Positions 24,373 to 37,439 of a stretch of DNA of 64,000 nucleotides are shown here, one piece after another. The translations under genes were made by a program, and so were the position numbers. Each line of letters starts with the position of its first letter. Within the stretch, counting starts at the first letter, position 1. The notes under the pieces are model-generated. The model saw only the letters and a program-made list of their open reading frames with translations, did no database searches and was not told where the DNA came from. This stretch comes from Styela clava (taxonomy: Eukaryota). The stretch covers positions 17,608,001 through 17,672,000 of the forward strand of contig NC_135252.1 in NCBI RefSeq assembly GCF_964204865.1, written 5' to 3'.

Positions 24373-26117
24373 TTAACCCAACAAATAGTCTGACGGAACC
24401 AGATCTCCACATCCAAAGGTAGTTAATGTCGCAGGGTCGATTCCTTGCTCATTTGCAAACGACGTCAACTTAGAAATCTCCTCGCCAGATAACGATGGAG
24501 TCCGGGTGAAACATTGCAAAATTTTCTGACCTGCAAAGACAGTAATATAACTAGTGTAAACTGCATTCATTCATAATTTCCGTTCTCTAAATTACAGACG
24601 GAAATATTAATACCAGCGGTTTGTGGGTTACGGCAAAGTCAAACTAATTATCCTGACAGGGTACGCCCGTTCGGAGATCAATCGAAAAAATTGTATCTAA
24701 AGTGATTGACTAAAACTGTTCACAAAATTTTTGCAAATGAGAAAGGGAATATAATCGTGGGACGAAAAAAAGTATTCGGCCTATAAGAATAATATAATTA
24801 ATAAGTATAAGATAATTGTAAGATATTTCTTTCCTGTATGTCCTTTGCGGCGCGTATTCTTGATATATTTAAAAGCGTAAAGTCTAATTAGACAGCTTCA
24901 GCTAAAATATTATCATATCATTCGCTAAATTTTCACGTTGATTCTGTTCATTTGGAGTTTCGAGTTTTATACATTGTATAGGCGGATATTGGATGTTATT
25001 GTGCAGTGGCTAAACTTCTTTCCGGACAAGAAGCTATCTGATATGCGATCGTACACATATTTATTGTAGTGAATAAATTTTATTTCAATGTTTTACGATT
25101 TTCTTACCATCGCTTGCAGACGACAGCACACAGAGATAGGTCTCGTAGTTTGTATAGAAGCGATGTCGATGAGAATGGTACCATTGTTTATCTGCGAACA
25201 AATAAAAGCTCGAATATGTTAAAGAAAATTAGACGTCTTCTAATAACAACGTTATGAAAACCAGAACCTTGGACTTGGGAGGATTCAATATTGATGCCTG
25301 ATCTTCTTTGTGATTGACCATCTAAAAATAATTTTTCAACAAAGTATTGATGAAATTTATGGTATTGTGGATTGAAAAATTCATAATCTTTTTTGTTAAT
25401 GGGGGCGCAATGGTTTGCAACACTTCGAAATAAAACGATAATTGAATGGGATATTTTGTTCTTGTGTGATGACATCATAACCATCTCATTAAAATTGCGG
25501 CGAGACTCACCCGTTTGTGAATATATCCAATAATAACCCAAAGAGTCCCGCCTCACATCATTGATGATTGAAACATGAGCATCTAATTTGTTCCTTTTAG
25601 AAATACGAACTATTAGCATTCAGTTACTTTTTACACTCTATTAAAGCACAATTTTTAGATAAATAAATCCTTCGCAAATAAGCTTACTTGGGATATTTGT
25701 ATGAGTAAACATTCATATCGTTCTCTGTTGTATTGAAAGGTACCATGAGGTGACATCCCCACAAAACATTCCAGTCCCAGGTATTTACACCAAGTGTGAG
25801 ATACCATACTCCGCATAACTAAACGTAAGAGATTTTAGTACAAATAGCTTTGAGTGTCAGAATTTTCAAGCCATAGTGCGTTTAATTGTGTTGTTTTAAT
25901 TGCCGAGGTAACATTCGAAATTAAGTCTGGGTTATTCTTACTTGTTATTGATGTTACAAAAACAAACGGAACTTGATTACAATTGTAGTTAATACGACAA
26001 CATAAAATAACAGCTTACACGTTTCAAGTCGATTTCTTTTCCTGAATATATTTTTCGACTCCGCGCGATTGTTAAAAGCACAAGAATCACGAAAACAGAA
26101 CCAAATCTACACTTCAT
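24373..26117 (-). CDS. Lipocalin L1, copy 2 (202 aa)
   Basis: Exons 26117-26019, 25818-25688, 25593-25511, 25321-25268, 25191-25108 and 24530-24373 join in frame, with the same motifs as copy 1. Confidence 0.8.
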
Positions 26118-26271
26118 CGTTTTAACAGCCTCAAATCTTGAGTGAGGGATAGGCTTAAGGAACAATAAGCTATATTGTGTATATAATGTCTGCAATAGAA
26201 ATATCAATAGAGGCTAAGTGCATAATTCGTGTCGCAATGCTGTTTCCTGTTTCCTGTGCATACTCTGGATT

Positions 26272-26611
26272 GGCTCGGTGGTGTGGCGCATCGTGCTAAG
26301 CGTGGAAATCGCTTGTCTCAGCATCTGAAAACTCTGCGTGGGTTCACAGGTTCGAATACCGGGAGAAATAATTTTGTGCGGGAGGATTGCCAGATTCCTG
26401 GCCGCCTCCGTTGGATGGTTCACGCAAACGCTGGTAGATTACAGTCCTCCACCATCAAGCCCATCCATGCACAGAAAACAAAATAATTGGCTTACCGATC
26501 CCATTCCCGCGACATGTACTGGTAACCGGAGGATAGACTGTGATTGGCCATATGAATAAGTGATATTATTGTCTTCCCTCGTCCTCTAAATAACTATGTA
26601 AATCCTATTCA
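26272..26611 (+). mobile_element. tRNA-derived SINE (duplicate of 8589-8928)
   Basis: Near-identical to 8589-8928. Confidence 0.7.
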
Positions 26612-28090
26612 ATGGATGAATACTCCTGCTGGTATCTTAGGTCTTCCTGCACTATGACAGCAGGAGCATGGCATTTATTCTTGATAATTCATTAAATTTT
26701 AGCTACTCTACACAGCATACACTTGCAATGCTGCCTGCCTCGAGAAATGGATAATGCTCTTGGATAATGAATTTCAGTATAACTCGCATTGACTACCATC
26801 ACTACGGCTTACAAGACTAAATTTGAATATTTCTCTACTAATTTTATGTTGAAAGGTTTGTAAACGCTTTATTAAAAACCCGATTCGGATCTCTTGTGAC
26901 GTGTTGATAAGTTTTTCCGTGCTTCAATATAGCTTCGAAAGTCATTCATGAGTTCGGATCAGAACATAGAATCTTCAATAAACATGTAATTTATGTTTTA
27001 AATCACCCACTGACATCTGCGTCATCTTTACTAAACTTTGCTCTAGTTGATTGATGTGAATACCCACATGTCATGTCGGTCTCACAATATATATTCATGT
27101 AGATCATGTTTAAAGTTTGGTGTCAAAAGAATATTTTGGACAAATACGGTATTTGATTTTCGGACAAGAAACGACGTTCTAATAATAGCTATTCAGTGAT
27201 CCGTTTTGACCAATACCAGACGGTGTATTAGGTAATGGGCAGTGGTAATTAATGGTTATTAGGCATGACGTCACATGGTATCGTTTCGAATGCTTCATAA
27301 TAATTTTCTGTTCGGCGCATCTGGGTTATTCGGGCTTATTCCTGAGGCATATATATTTCAAGTATTGTACCTACGTAACGTACCTTCGAATCTCAAGAGT
27401 GACGGGGCACTGAACGAGCAAATTGCTGAACCCCTCGTCTTTGCAAGGTGGTTCACATAAAGGCTTGCCGTTTTTCGGCTTCCTCCACAGCCACAGCTTG
27501 AGAGTGCATGCACAACACGCTAGTTATTGATACCTGTTTTAATCGAGACCTAGAATCGCTTACGCAAGCTTTTTACATTTATCGTTTTGTTTTAATCTAT
27601 TAAATACAAAAGAATATAAAACAACAGCAAAATAAGTAAAGCATTTGTTTAAAAACATATCTTGTTACGCAAGCTTTTATATTGTTGCAATATAATATAC
27701 TTTATAACTAGTCTTCTAGGGAAATCAAATTTCAGCATCAATTATATATACTGAAAAATAAGAATGCAAAGGAACTTAACATTCGCCACGCGATCTACTA
27801 GTTAAACAATGTTTTTGTCGCAATACCTGCAAACAGCCACCCTGCAGTGAGTTTTATCTATCCTTGTATCAAGTTTTTGCGATATAGAGGCCATAACCAA
27901 CTGAATACCTTACTAAAGAATCGATCACCGCCTTTGACAAACGACGCGCCGCCAGCATTCTTCGACTTCGAGATTACCTTATTAAAAGTGAAAATCTCGC
28001 TTCACGGGAATCTAGCCGGTCACAACTCCAACACGTGATGGGGTGGTTCGACACGAGCATTGCGCTTCAGGTTTAGCAGGCGTGAATAGG

Positions 28091-28293
28091 GGTTCCATTA
28101 CATTTGAACCCACGTACATTTGAACCCATGACAATTGCACCTGCATACTATTGCACCTATGGAAATTTTTTTGTTTTACGGATATTTGAACCCATACTAA
28201 CCCTAACCCACGGGTTTTAGCACCCGCATATAGATTGAACCCGCGGATATACACATGGGTTCAAATGTACATAGGTTCAAATCTACGGTCACC
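28091..28293. mobile_element. MITE with 9-bp TSD (gtgaatagg), same family as 23253
   Basis: Empty site at ~10490 in unit 1. It has the same termini and is inserted at the tail of the SINE. Confidence 0.85.
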
Positions 28294-28631
28294 GTGAATA
28301 GGATTTACAATTTGCATAATTATTTCGGGGGAGAGGAAAGCCGATAATACGACTTAATCATACGGCGAATCTATCGTCCGGTTACCATGTCGCCGGTATG
28401 GTGTCAGTAAGCCAGTTTTTTGTTTTCTGCGCATGGATGGGCTTGATGGTCGAGTAAAGCCGTAATTTTCTAGCGATTGCGTGAACCATCCTACAACGGC
28501 GGCCAAGAGTCTAGCAATCCTCTCGCACATAATTATCTTCCACGAGATGCGAACTAACGAAATTATTGAGGGTAATCAGGTAATGTGTCAAGCGTATTTT
28601 CACGCTTAGCACAATACGCCACACCGCCGAG
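28294..28631 (-). mobile_element. tRNA-derived SINE (duplicate of 10490-10839)
   Basis: Colinear with 10490-10839. Confidence 0.65.
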
Positions 28632-28797
28632 ACAATCTACATACGCAGCAAAAAGAGTAAACAGCATTGAGACATGAATTATGCAGTTCCCCTCTAATGA
28701 TTTTCGACTTTACTATCGATTCTCGACAGCATATACACAATATAGCTTGTTGTTCCTTAAGTCTATTCCTCACTCAAGATTTGAGGCTGTTAAAACG

Positions 28798-30395
28798 ATG
28801 AAGTGTAGATTTGGTTCTGTTTTTGTGATTCTTGTGCTTTTAACAATCGCGCGGAGTCGAAAGATATATTCAGGAAAAAACATCGACTTGAAACGTGTAA
28901 GCTGGTATTTTATGTCAACGATGAACTACAATTGTAGTCAAATTCCTTTTTTTATAACATCAATAACAAACAAGAATAACCCAGGCGTCACTTTTAGTTA
29001 TGAAGAGTATGGTATCTCACACTTGGTGTAAATTACTGGGATTGGAATGTTTTATGGGGATGTCACCTTGTTGTACCTTTCAATACAACAGAGTACGATA
29101 TTAATGTGTACTCATACGAATTTCGTACAAAGTGAGCTGTTTTGCGAAGTAACTATTATTAGTGTTAATACAAAATGTAACTGAATGCTAACAGTTCGTA
29201 ATTCTAGAAGGAACAAATTAGATGCTTATGTTTCAAACATCGATGATGTGAGGCGGGATTCTTTGGGTTATTATCGGATAAATTCGAATAAATTATCGGA
29301 TATCGGAGTTTTACAAGTTTAATGAGATTTCTACGAAACCAAAATATCCCATTTAATTATCGTTTTATTTCGGGATGTTGAAAACCATTGCGCTCTCATT
29401 AAAGAGAAAAATTACGATTTGTTCACGCCATCAATACCATCAATTTCAGCAGAACTTCAAAAAATCTTTTTCCTAGACGGTCAATGGGAGAACATCAAAT
29501 TGTTCAGCAAACAAAGAGAGTCAGGCATCATTACTAAATCCTCTCAAGTCTAAGATTTTGATTTTAATAATATTGTTCTTGGAAGAAGTCTAGTTTTCTT
29601 TAACATATTCGAGCTTTTGTTTGTTCGCAGATGATCCATGGTTTATTTCTCATCGACATCGCTTTTATACAGACCTATCTCTGTGTGCTGTCGTCTACAA
29701 GCGATGGTAAGAAAATCATAAAACATGCACTAAATACATTTATTCGCTTGTTCTTCGCCTCCTTTATGTGTACGATAACACCATGGCACTATAATCTTCA
29801 ATATTCGCTTACAAAATATATTCAAAAACTGCAAATGGACAATTTAAATGCGAACTGTATTGTAAACAGTGACAGCAGAGCAGCACGACAAGAAAAGAAA
29901 ATGTAGACACTCAAAAGTTCAAACTCAAAGACCTAGGATCATATTGGTTTACAACGTAACACCGATTGTCTTAATTGTTTTATTCGTTATCTTATCCATA
30001 TACACCGATAGTTTTTTTGTCCCGCGATTGTTTTAACATTTTTATTTACGAAAATCTTTGTTAGCAATTTCATTCAATCTCTTTAGATTCGGTTTTTCGT
30101 CGATTAGATCCCGATCGGTGGCACTCTGACAAGAACTCACTCTTGTACATAAACTGCTGGTATTTGTATTTCCGCTTGAAATTCAAAGCACAAAAATTAT
30201 AAATAAATATCGTTTATAACAATTCTCTTATTGTGTTTGCAGATCCGAAACTTCTGCTGCAATGTTTTACCCGGACGCCATCTTTATCTGGTGAAAAGTT
30301 TTCCGAGTTGACGTTGTTTGCAACCAATCAAGGAATCGACACAGCGACATCAACTACCTGCTGATGTGATGGTGTTATCTTGACGTGCCGTAATG
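28798..30395 (+). pseudogene. Lipocalin pseudogene L2, copy 2
   Basis: Exon 1 is intact. TGA is the second codon of exon 2 (29001-29003), donors are lost, and exon 6 has TGA at 30362-30364. Confidence 0.85.
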
Positions 30396-30789
30396 ATGAT
30401 AAATTCTAGGTCCTTATCCTTATAACACAGAACTTCCGGATATATATGTATGAAAATAATTGTGATTTTATCTAAATTTTATATATTAGTTGAGATTACT
30501 CAAATAGTTTCTTCCTAATGCATAATCATACAAAAAATATTTTTTCAAATAAAATATGTTCGAGCTCTGTACTACCGCAGGTATAGGGAGCTTTCTGATT
30601 TAAATCCCGACCGTCCCGACCTATTTTTTGATTGTTCCTATCTCATATAAGAAGACATCATATAAGACAGGAAAACAAACCACTGATCCGCGGTTTTTAA
30701 AATGCTCTGTTAAGTCAAGATTTAAAACAGAAAAAATCATTCATAATGCATTCACACAATATTCAATTTACTATTTCGATATATTATTG

Positions 30790-31910
30790 CGAAGTTTCGA
30801 AAGAAACTTCGCAGTCATAAGAAGACCAAGGAACCGGGTCCAGAATGGCAGTGTTCCGACATCGAAAATAGTCCTGTTACAAGAGATGAAAAAAGAGGTC
30901 GGGGGAGCTCTTCATCGGACGCCTCCATAGTTCTCCCACCTAATAAATCTCTGATTATTTCCAAACCACGAGTTGTTAAAAAACTATAAAAGTAATTATT
31001 TGATTTGCTTCAATTTCTTTTTCTATAATTGATTGGAAAATATGTATGATTCTCACTCTTTTGTGGCAGTATTGTGTTCTAGAAATGTATAGGACTCTTT
31101 ATATTATCCTTTGCAATAATTTAATAACAACTACTAAGTACCTTCCCTCAGTAAATTATGTAATATTAATTTCCTCCAGACTGGTATTTTTTTTTCTCTC
31201 TCTATATGCCAACTCGTATCTATGGATCAACATGAAAGATGACAAGGCAGCAGCAAGTGCCAACAAAACATGAAACGGTGGAAAGAAGGACTGGTTGCTC
31301 ATTAACAGCCTAACCTAAAACAATAACTTCGCTGTAAACATATAACAACTGAACTACCTTCATAACGATCTATAACCTGCCCTAGTTAATTATTTAATTG
31401 TCAACCATAGGCACTAAATCTGCCTATATTTAATAAATATAACAACCTATATTTGTAGTAATATACTAGAACGAATAGCTAAATAAACGCCATATACACC
31501 AGAATACTGGCTCTCTTATATTTTTGGTGAAGGTTTCTTCGTTTATCTCTTATTTATAATTTATTCTTTTTATGTTTTTTTTTTAACTTCTTTGTCTTTC
31601 CGTAAACTGACTCTCTACTCTTTTTCTGTTATACCTCCTAAATTTCTTTTCTATTAGAGGAGACGGACATCACGTGACAGGGAGAGTTGATATGAGTGTG
31701 CACCAAGGTGTATTTCTCCCAACTCTCTTCTGTCACGGAAGTGTTCGTCGAATCTACCCTCTGTTTTCTCCTGGTGTTATTATTTTGCCTTCTTATAGGT
31801 ATTTACAGGTAACAACATCTACAAGCCTCCCCTGCAATACGTGAGTATAAAAACAAGGTGAGTATCGGTGGGTCGAGGCCTACTTTTTAAAAAAAAAAAA
31901 AAAAAAAAAA
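30790..31910 (+). mobile_element. Poly(A)-ended non-LTR retroelement-like fragment
   Basis: Absent from unit 1, where 12970-14752 occupies this position. It ends in gaggcctacttttt followed by a long A-run. Its 3' part is duplicated at 34307-34997. Confidence 0.6.
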
Positions 31911-34900
31911 GTACTCTTTTTTTTTTAAATACAGATAGTTGGTTCTTAATATTTGATCAGCTGCTCGTTTATAGAGTTGCTTGCTAGGCGGATAAATAAT
32001 ATTGGTAACTAAGCAAGCTATTAGTGTAATTTTTTCGGATCATAAAATTTGCAGTTTTTCACAATGAACCCACCAATATATGATGCGAAAATGTAGCAGA
32101 TGTTGCAAATGCACAATGAGCCAAACCAAAAACGTTTGAGGCTCGCAGATAGATCACTGACATAGTGTTGAAATATATACAGCAACATCATAAAGTTTTA
32201 TCATTTACTTCAGTCTGTACAAAACAGTTCACAGAATTGTTCGTATAGTAAGCGGTTTATTTTATGTTTATGTCCTAATATCTTTCTTGGAATCCATCGA
32301 CCAAAATTTTACAAACGTCCATGCTTTGATGTAATTTATTCTGAATAATTAGGTTAGATTTCACACGAAAAAATATGTAAATCAAAATCGGAAGTAGACA
32401 CGGGTCATCATTGAATCGTCATCTGTATTTTCAAATTTGCTCGATAAGACTTAACCTGCCGAAGAAAAACTAATGAAGTCAAATAATACTTATGCGCTGA
32501 ATAATATTTTTTGAGAAGATTGTAACAAAGATACAAAATATTCCAATACAGAAATAAAGACAACAAGGCGAGTGAAGAATTGCAGAATAAAACATCCGCT
32601 TTGTTTGTCTTTACTATATTTACGGTATTTTTGAAATTTACTCAATATTAAAATCAAAAATATCAAATATTAAATTACTTTGAACTAGGTTATTTAGATT
32701 ACGGTATTGATAATTTGGGATAAGTATAATCAGTAACAATTACATCCAGGCAAATATAATTAAAATTTCAAATCTTCCGATTGAACAATATCATTCTAGT
32801 ATTTCATCAACTTTAAAAGTAATATATCAGTCATCAATAGATCAAAATAATTTTAATGTTAACATTTTACTAAAGTATGTACTTTGTTTTCTGTGAAATA
32901 TATTAGATTTAATTATGATGATGAATTGATCAGTTTAACTGCTCTTACAATTGTACCAGCAACGTTTTTTAACACAGTGTCGGTTCTGTCCTTATCATTT
33001 AATCCAATATTTTTTTTTCAGATAGGTTACTCATGTAACTTATGAATAATATACAATATAGGTAATGCTTTGATTCAACTTCTGCTTTCATTTATTAGAC
33101 AACATATCCGCCTAACCTCTCTTTACTGCTCGAACAATTTCCTCCACTATAGGAATCCACCAGAATCTTTCCTGATCTTTGTTGTCAAATGTTTTTGACG
33201 CTTCATCAGATTGATCACCTGCAATAATTACAGAAAATTTTAAATTTTATATGGCTTCAATTCAATACTTTCATCTCGTATTTTCAAATTTCTGAAAATT
33301 TCGAATTATATAAAACAAAATATATCGGATTACACGGATATAACGGATTATTGTCTTTACCTCTCTCTACTGCGTTAACAATTTTTACCACTAAAGGAAT
33401 CCACCAAAATCTTTCATGATCTTTGTTATCAACGGTTTTCGAGGATTTCCCAGATTGGTTACCTGCAATAATTACAAAGAATTTCAAATTTGATATAGCT
33501 TCAAATTTAAAATAGGATTATTTATTTTTCATTTTCGTTTTTTTTTTTTGATAAAATTTAAATCATATAAAATCAATACGTGAAAATTTGTGATGCATTT
33601 ATCAACAACTGAATCGGATGGAGATTTAGATACAATAATGTGATTTACAGAGTTGTTGAGTTTTTTTCGACATTTGGGATTTTAAAAATATATCATATAT
33701 CATTCTGGAATTGTTCGTCAGCATTTAAAAATTTTCGATAAAGATTTAGTGAAAATACAGGTTCAAATGTTATACCGACCAAATTCCAGAAATAGTTACC
33801 AAATGTGTTGGCAAATGATTGAGAAATGCTCACGTAATAATTAGATAAATTGAACTTACGAGATTCAAGAGACTTTGCCCTGTAAAATTAAATGTAGACT
33901 ATATTATAGCTTTCCGTAACTTATCAATCCGGAAATTGTTAGAACATTTTATAATTGAGCTCGTTTGGAATCATTGAAAAATACATGCATCTTTTTTTAT
34001 ACGCAAAGTTATATTTGGGTTAAGATCAAACATGGATCAATATTAAACAGTGGAATTATTGACGATATTGATAAATAATTTCGAAATTGGATAAATACTC
34101 TCGTCTATCTTGGTATTTTATTCCTGAATGAAATCTTCAACTTTTTCATGTTGCCAGAAAAAAGTTCTCAACAAAAATTAATTTAAAGTACATTGATAGA
34201 ATTACGTTGTGTTGTTTAGTTCATATGAAAATTGAAATGTATCAGATTGAATGAATCAGAACAGAACGCGGCGATGAGGTAAAACTAACCTGGTTAATCC
34301 AGGTTAAACATGAAAGATGACAAGGCAGCAGCAAGTGCCAACAAAACATGAAACGGTGGAAAGAAGGACTGGTTGCTCATTAACAGCCTAACCTAAAACA
34401 ATAACTTCGCTGTAAACATATAACAACTGAACTACCTTCATAACGATCTATAACCTGCCCTAGTTAATTATTTAATTGTCAACCATAGGCACTAAATCTG
34501 CCTATATTTAATAAATATAACAACCTATATTTGTAGTAATATACTAGAACGAATAGCTAAATAAACGCCATATACACCAGAATACTGGCTCTCTTATATT
34601 TTTGGTGAAGGTTTCTTCGTTTATCTCTTATTTATAATTTATTCTTTTTATGTTTTTTTTTTAACTTCTTTGTCTTTCCGTAAACTGACTCTCTACTCTT
34701 TTTCTGTTATACCTCCTAAATTTCTTTTCTATTAGAGGAGACGGACATCACGTGACAGGGAGAGTTGATATGAGTGTGCACCAAGGTGTATTTCTCCCAA
34801 CTCTCTTCTGTCACGGAAGTGTTCGTCGAATCTACCCTCTGTTTTCTCCTGGTGTTATTATTTTGCCTTCTTATAGGTATTTACAGGTAACAACATCTAC

Positions 34901-34960
34901 AAGCCTCCCCTGCAATACGTGAGTATAAAAACAAGGTGAGTATCGGTGGGTCGAGGCCTA

Positions 34961-35000
<40 letters not shown>

Positions 35001-37389
35001 CTCTTTTTTTTTTTAAATACAGATAGTTGGTTCTTAATATTTGATCAGCTGCTCGTTTATAGAGTTGCTTGCTAGGCGGATAAATAATATTGGTAACTAA
35101 GCAAGCTATTAGTGTAATTTTTTCGGATCATAAAATTTGCAGTTTTTCACAATGAACCCACCAATATATGATGCGAAAATGTAGCAGATGTTGCAAATGC
35201 ACAATGAGCCAAACCAAAAACGTTTGAGGCTCGCAGATAGATCACTGACATAGTGTTGAAATATATACAGCAACATCATAAAGTTTTATCATTTACTTCA
35301 GTCTGTACAAAACAGTTCACAGAATTGTTCGTATAGTAAGCGGTTTATTTTATGTTTATGTCCTAATATCTTTCTTGGAATCCATCGACCAAAATTTTAC
35401 AAACGTCCATGCTTTGATGTAATTTATTCTGAATAATTAGGTTAGATTTCACACGAGAAAATATGTAAATCAAAATCGGAAGTAGACACGGGTCATCATT
35501 GAATCGTCATCTGTATTTTCAAATTTGCTCGATAAGACTTAACCTGCCGAAGAAAAACTAATGAAGTCAAATAATACTTATGCGCTGAATAATATTTTTT
35601 GAGAAGATTGTAACAAAGATACAAAATATTCCAATACAGAAATAAAGACAACAAGGCGAGTGAAGAATTGCAGAATAAAACATCCGCTTTGTTTGTCTTT
35701 ACTATATTTACGGTATTTTTGAAATTTACTCAATATTAAAATCAAAAATATCAAATATTAAATTACTTTGAACTAGGTTATTTAGATTACGGTATTGATA
35801 ATTTGGGATAAGTATAATCAGTAACAATTACATCCAGGCAAATATAATTAAAATTTCAAATCTTCCGATTGAACAATATCATTCTAGTATTTCATCAACT
35901 TTAAAAGTAATATATCAGTCATCAATAGATCAAAATAATTTTAATGTTAACATTTTACTAAAGTATGTACTTTGTTTTCTGTGAAATATATTAGATTTAA
36001 TTATGATGATGAATTGATCAGTTTAACTGCTCTTACAATTGTACCAGCAACGTTTTTTAACACAGTGTCGGTTCTGTCCTTATCATTTAATCCAATATTT
36101 TTTTTTCAGATAGGTTACTCATGTAACTTATGAATAATATACAATATAGGTAATGCTTTGATTCAACTTCTGCTTTCATTTATTAGACAACATATCCGCC
36201 TAACCTCTCTTTACTGCTCGAACAATTTCCTCCACTATAGGAATCCACCAGAATCTTTCCTGATCTTTGTTGTCAAATGTTTTTGACGCTTCATCAGATT
36301 GATCACCTGCAATAATTACAGAAAATTTTAAATTTTATATGGCTTCAATTCAATACTTTCATCTCGTATTTTCAAATTTCTGAAAATTTCGAATTATATA
36401 AAACAAAATATATCGGATTACACGGATATAACGGATTATTGTCTTTACCTCTCTCTACTGCGTTAACAATTTTTACCACTAAAGGAATCCACCAAAATCT
36501 TTCATGATCTTTGTTATCAACGGTTTTCGAGGATTTCCCAGATTGGTTACCTGCAATAATTACAAAGAATTTCAAATTTGATATAGCTTCAAATTTAAAA
36601 TAGGATTATTTATTTTTCATTTTCGTTTTTTTTTTTTGATAAAATTTAAATCATATAAAATCAATACGTGAAAATTTGTGATGCATTTATCAACAACTGA
36701 ATCGAATGGAGATTTAGATACAATAATGTGATTTACAGAGTTGTTGAGTTTTTTTCGACATTTGGGATTTTAAAAATATATCATATATCATTCTGGAATT
36801 GTTCGTCAGCATTTAAAAATTTTCGATAAAGATTTAGTGAAAATACAGGTTCAAATGTTATACCGACCAAATTCCAGAAATAGTTACCAAATGTGTTGGC
36901 AAATGATTGAGAAATGCTCACGTAATAATTAGATAAATTGAACTTACGAGATTCAAGAGACTTTGCCCTGTAAAATTAAATGTAGACTATATTATAGCTT
37001 TCCGTAACTTATCAATCCGGAAATTGTTAGAACATTTTATAATTGAGCTCGTTTGGAATCATTGAAAAATACATGCATCTTTTTTTATACGCAAAGTTAT
37101 ATTTGAGTTAAGATCAAACATGGATCAATATTAAACAGTGGAATTATTGACGATATTGATAAATAATTTCGAAATTGGATAAATACTCTCGTCTATCTTG
37201 GTATTTTATTCCTGAATGAAATCTTCAACTTTTTCATGTTGCCAGAAAAAAGTTCTCAACAAAAATTAATTTAAAGTACATTGATAGAATTACGTTGTGT
37301 TGTTTAGTTCATATGAAAATTGAAATGTATCAGATTGAATGAATCAGAACAGAACGCGGCGATGAGGTAAAACTAACCTGGTTAATCCA
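31229..37389 (+). repeat. Near-perfect ~3.08-kb tandem duplication
   Basis: 31229-34301 is repeated at 34307-37389 (offset 3078-3088). The copies differ mainly in poly(A)/poly(T) length. Confidence 0.92.
32451..34301 (-). pseudogene. 5'-truncated peptide precursor B2 (exons 2-5 intact, no promoter or ATG)
   Basis: Exons 33879-33860, 33462-33361, 33218-33117 and 32455-32451 match B3. Only the last ~12 nt of exon 1 remain (34290-34301) at the duplication junction. Confidence 0.8.
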
Positions 37390-37439
37390 AAACTGCAGAT
37401 CATCATGGCCAAAACAAATACTGCAATTTTTCCAGACAT
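35539..37439 (-). CDS. Secreted peptide precursor B3 (2 modules, 96 aa)
   Basis: Exons 37439-37378 (MSGKIAVFVLAMMICSFGLT), 36967-36948, 36550-36449 (FWWIPLVVKIVNAVER-G), 36306-36205 (FWWIPIVEEIVRAVKR-G) and 35543-35539. Confidence 0.85.
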
